Made by a program: the position numbers and the translations under genes. This document shows positions 48,108 through 50,351 of a DNA stretch of 50,351 nt, one piece after another. Origin of the DNA: Candidatus Heimdallarchaeota archaeon (GTDB taxonomy: Archaea > Asgardarchaeota > Heimdallarchaeia > JABLTI01); the NCBI GenBank assembly GCA_019058275.1, contig JAHLVW010000105.1, positions 1 through 50,351 of the forward strand. The letters are read 5' to 3'. The stretch's first letter is position 1. Each line of letters starts with the position of its first letter. The notes beneath the pieces were generated by a model. That model ran no database searches. It was not told where the DNA came from and saw only the letters and a program-made list of their open reading frames with translations.

Positions 48108-50351
48108 TTATTTTCGTATTTTCTTTTCATCTTTTACATAATTCTTCAACCTCAAAGTGTCCATGGTTTCTGTGGGAGTTATAACCAAAACACACTTCTG
48201 GTCATATCTTTTCCCTTTCTTTGTCCAGTGACCTAATCCATAGACTCTCTCTTTTTCGTTATAGAATCGTTTATGAAAGTGCCCAATTACCAGATGAGTT
48301 TCTTGAGTAATCTTTTTTGGCAACCTACTGCGACCATCACTAATTAGTTTCCTTTTTGCGATTATTGTTGCCCCCTCCTCATTTGTTCGCTTCACTTCTT
48401 TTGGATCTATTCCAATCTTATTGCCATGGACAATCAGCACTTCTCCTGCAGCTGTTTCTAGCCATGCATAGTCTTGCTGTAGGATATTAGCAAAATATGC
48501 CAACGTAGCATCATGGATGGTCGAGCTTCTTATTAGCACCAGCTTCGACCAAAAACCTTCACTGATAGCTACTTGCAATAATTTCTTTACTGATTCTTCA
48601 CCTGCCTTACCTTCCTTATCCAACAAATCACCATTAATGATCACAATATCTGCTTGAGCACTTAGATCACTCAATGCTTCAAAGAATTCTTTTTCAAAGC
48701 TATACTCACCTCCAAGGTGTATATCTGATAATGCAACGATTTTTCCTTCACAATAATTTGGTTGTATAGTTATTTGCTCTTCGAGTTGTTCGTACCAATC
48801 AGTTTCTGCTAGCTTCTCCAAATCTTGCGCTAAAAGCACCAATTTCTCTTTAGAGCCTTGAGGGAATTCACCTATTAATTCCCCGTAGCATTTCTTACAG
48901 CCCTCTGCACATGAGCAATCCACTAATCTCTTTCTCAATTGTTCTACCACTTCTTTCAAATGCTTGTAGAGATAGCCAGCATTTCCTTTTCCTCTCCCCT
49001 TATCATATAATGCTAATTGCTTGTTGTTGCTTATTAGCCCTAGCTCTGTTGAAGGTACTCCTAGCACCACCTCAGTTTCAATCAGGAGCAATCTTCCAAA
49101 CAATTTTAGCATTCCTTTATTCGTTCTCCCTTTTGCTTTCAGTGATTCTATCCTCAAATCAAGAATTATTCCTTCGACTCTCTCTCTGATGCTATATTCT
49201 TGGGCTTCGTCTTCGGTTAATTCCTGCCAGCAGTAGCCACCTGCTTCTTCGTTGCTTGTTTCTAAAATCCTCCTTTTTGGGTTGGCATTGACTATTGCTT
49301 TTGGTCTGCGTTCAATATTAAGCTGTCCAAAATGAATGTTAACAAGCGCAGGTCCTTGTGAGACTTTTGGTAAAATTCCCATTGAGATGCTCGGGTCAGA
49401 CAAGCTATTGAAAGGCAATTTAGTGAATTCCTCCCCTTTAGCTAGATGCTTCTTAACCAGAACACTTCTTTCGCTATGGTCAATGTCCACTACTAGATAC
49501 TTCTGCCTATTTCGAGTCAGAATGTTCCCAGGCAAGCCTTTCCTCAAAACATCTCTTGTAGCTATTTTCCCAACAAGCATCCCCTCAGCTTGACTTGTTG
49601 TATCATATCTCAGCAGCTGGTTGATCGTCCAGCCTCTATCGATGGCTCGTATAGAGAGTGGCACTAACCCTTTCTTTTCCGAGAGGAGTTCTTCACCATG
49701 ACTAGTGAATAGCAGTTTACCACTATCCTTTTTCAAGATCATTTGAGTGACTAAACGTGCATATTGCTGTCGAGCTAGCTCATGAGCGACTGTTCCTTCC
49801 TTGAGAAAGAAAGTCATAATATCTCGAAAGTCAGTAATTCCATAACGCAACAACAAAATCAGTAATCCAGCGAAAACCTTGGCGTTCCTCTTTGGATAGA
49901 GGATAGGGTTACAAGCATTTGTCTCGAGAATCTTTTGAAGTATTTCCTTGTGCTCCCAATAAAATCTATCTCGAGCATTTCCTAAATCGAAGATGAAGGT
50001 ATTTACTCTTCGCTCTCCTGGCTTGGAGCGATTCCGAGCCATCCTTTGGACGATACCATCTTTCTGAGTGATAGGAATGCCGATGTTAATGACAGTCTGG
50101 ATGTTTTGGATGTTCACTCCCAACTCAAGAACAGATGAGGAGATCACTATTCGGATAATGTTTTGCTCTCCCTTTTGCAGTTCATCCAAGACTTTTTTTC
50201 TGTGCATGTAAGGCATGTCTGCATGGATAACTACCACTGTTTGTTCATCAAAGAATTCGTTCTTTTGTTTGAGAGCAAAACATAACAGTTCGGCAAGCAA
50301 TTCAATGTCCTCTTTTGAATCAGCAAAGACAAGGCAGGCTCTCCCAGGTAT
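48108..50351 (-). CDS. YprA/Hrq1-like SF2 helicase (C-terminal RecA domain) + DUF1998 Zn domain + C-terminal metallophosphoesterase; 5'-partial
   Basis: Frame open to the window edge (IPGRACLVFADSKEDIE, motif IV); SSSVLELGVNI (V); QRMARNR (degenerate VI); LYD...GNAG...CSCAEGCKKC (DUF1998); SDIHLG, NGDLLD, HD, VHG, GHFH (MPP). Confidence 0.82.
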   Translation of the reverse strand: MPGRACLVFADSKEDIELLAELLCFALKQKNEFFDEQTVVVIHADMPYMHRKKVLDELQKGEQNIIRIVISSSVLELGVNIQNIQTVINIGIPITQKDGIVQRMARNRSKPGERRVNTFIFDLGNARDRFYWEHKEILQKILETNACNPILYPKRNAKVFAGLLILLLRYGITDFRDIMTFFLKEGTVAHELARQQYARLVTQMILKKDSGKLLFTSHGEELLSEKKGLVPLSIRAIDRGWTINQLLRYDTTSQAEGMLVGKIATRDVLRKGLPGNILTRNRQKYLVVDIDHSERSVLVKKHLAKGEEFTKLPFNSLSDPSISMGILPKVSQGPALVNIHFGQLNIERRPKAIVNANPKRRILETSNEEAGGYCWQELTEDEAQEYSIRERVEGIILDLRIESLKAKGRTNKGMLKLFGRLLLIETEVVLGVPSTELGLISNNKQLALYDKGRGKGNAGYLYKHLKEVVEQLRKRLVDCSCAEGCKKCYGELIGEFPQGSKEKLVLLAQDLEKLAETDWYEQLEEQITIQPNYCEGKIVALSDIHLGGEYSFEKEFFEALSDLSAQADIVIINGDLLDKEGKAGEESVKKLLQVAISEGFWSKLVLIRSSTIHDATLAYFANILQQDYAWLETAAGEVLIVHGNKIGIDPKEVKRTNEEGATIIAKRKLISDGRSRLPKKITQETHLVIGHFHKRFYNEKERVYGLGHWTKKGKRYDQKCVLVITPTETMDTLRLKNYVKDEKKIRK

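Noticed and set aside
47990-48184. 64-aa ORF on + after the repeats
   Set aside because: TTG start, overlaps the helicase 3' end in antisense, no recognisable motif

Overview
A low-GC archaeal chromosomal segment, very probably from an Asgard archaeon and most likely Heimdallarchaeia. The assignment is inferred from a ribophorin I homologue, longin-like and roadblock-like proteins, a Vps29-like phosphoesterase, rps30e and archaeal information-processing genes. Core content: three tRNAs (Tyr with two introns, Gln, Arg with one intron), mtaB-type methylthiotransferase, ftsZ, argS, gpmI, elp3, a truncated exosome superoperon (SBDS-rrp4-rrp41-rrp42-rpl37ae-Brix-pcc1, then rps30e), ileS, EF-1beta, and a compact six-gene archaeal CoA operon (PoK-PPS-panB-panE-mfnA/ADC-coaBC) followed by an adenylate-forming enzyme and a DAGK-fold kinase. 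Several accessory genes are decaying: a split peroxiredoxin, a surface DOMON-like protein, a REC-PAS regulator and DUF1295. At the right end, two near-identical 41-bp IS607-like ends each truncate a gene at a GGGG tract. A compositionally foreign YprA/Hrq1-type helicase-DUF1998-metallophosphoesterase fusion follows and runs off the window. The most promising leads are this nested element with its helicase-nuclease fusion, the two-intron tRNA-Tyr whose first intron has C/D-like boxes, and the two extra genes trailing the CoA operon. All calls come from manual reading and motif recognition; no searches were run.
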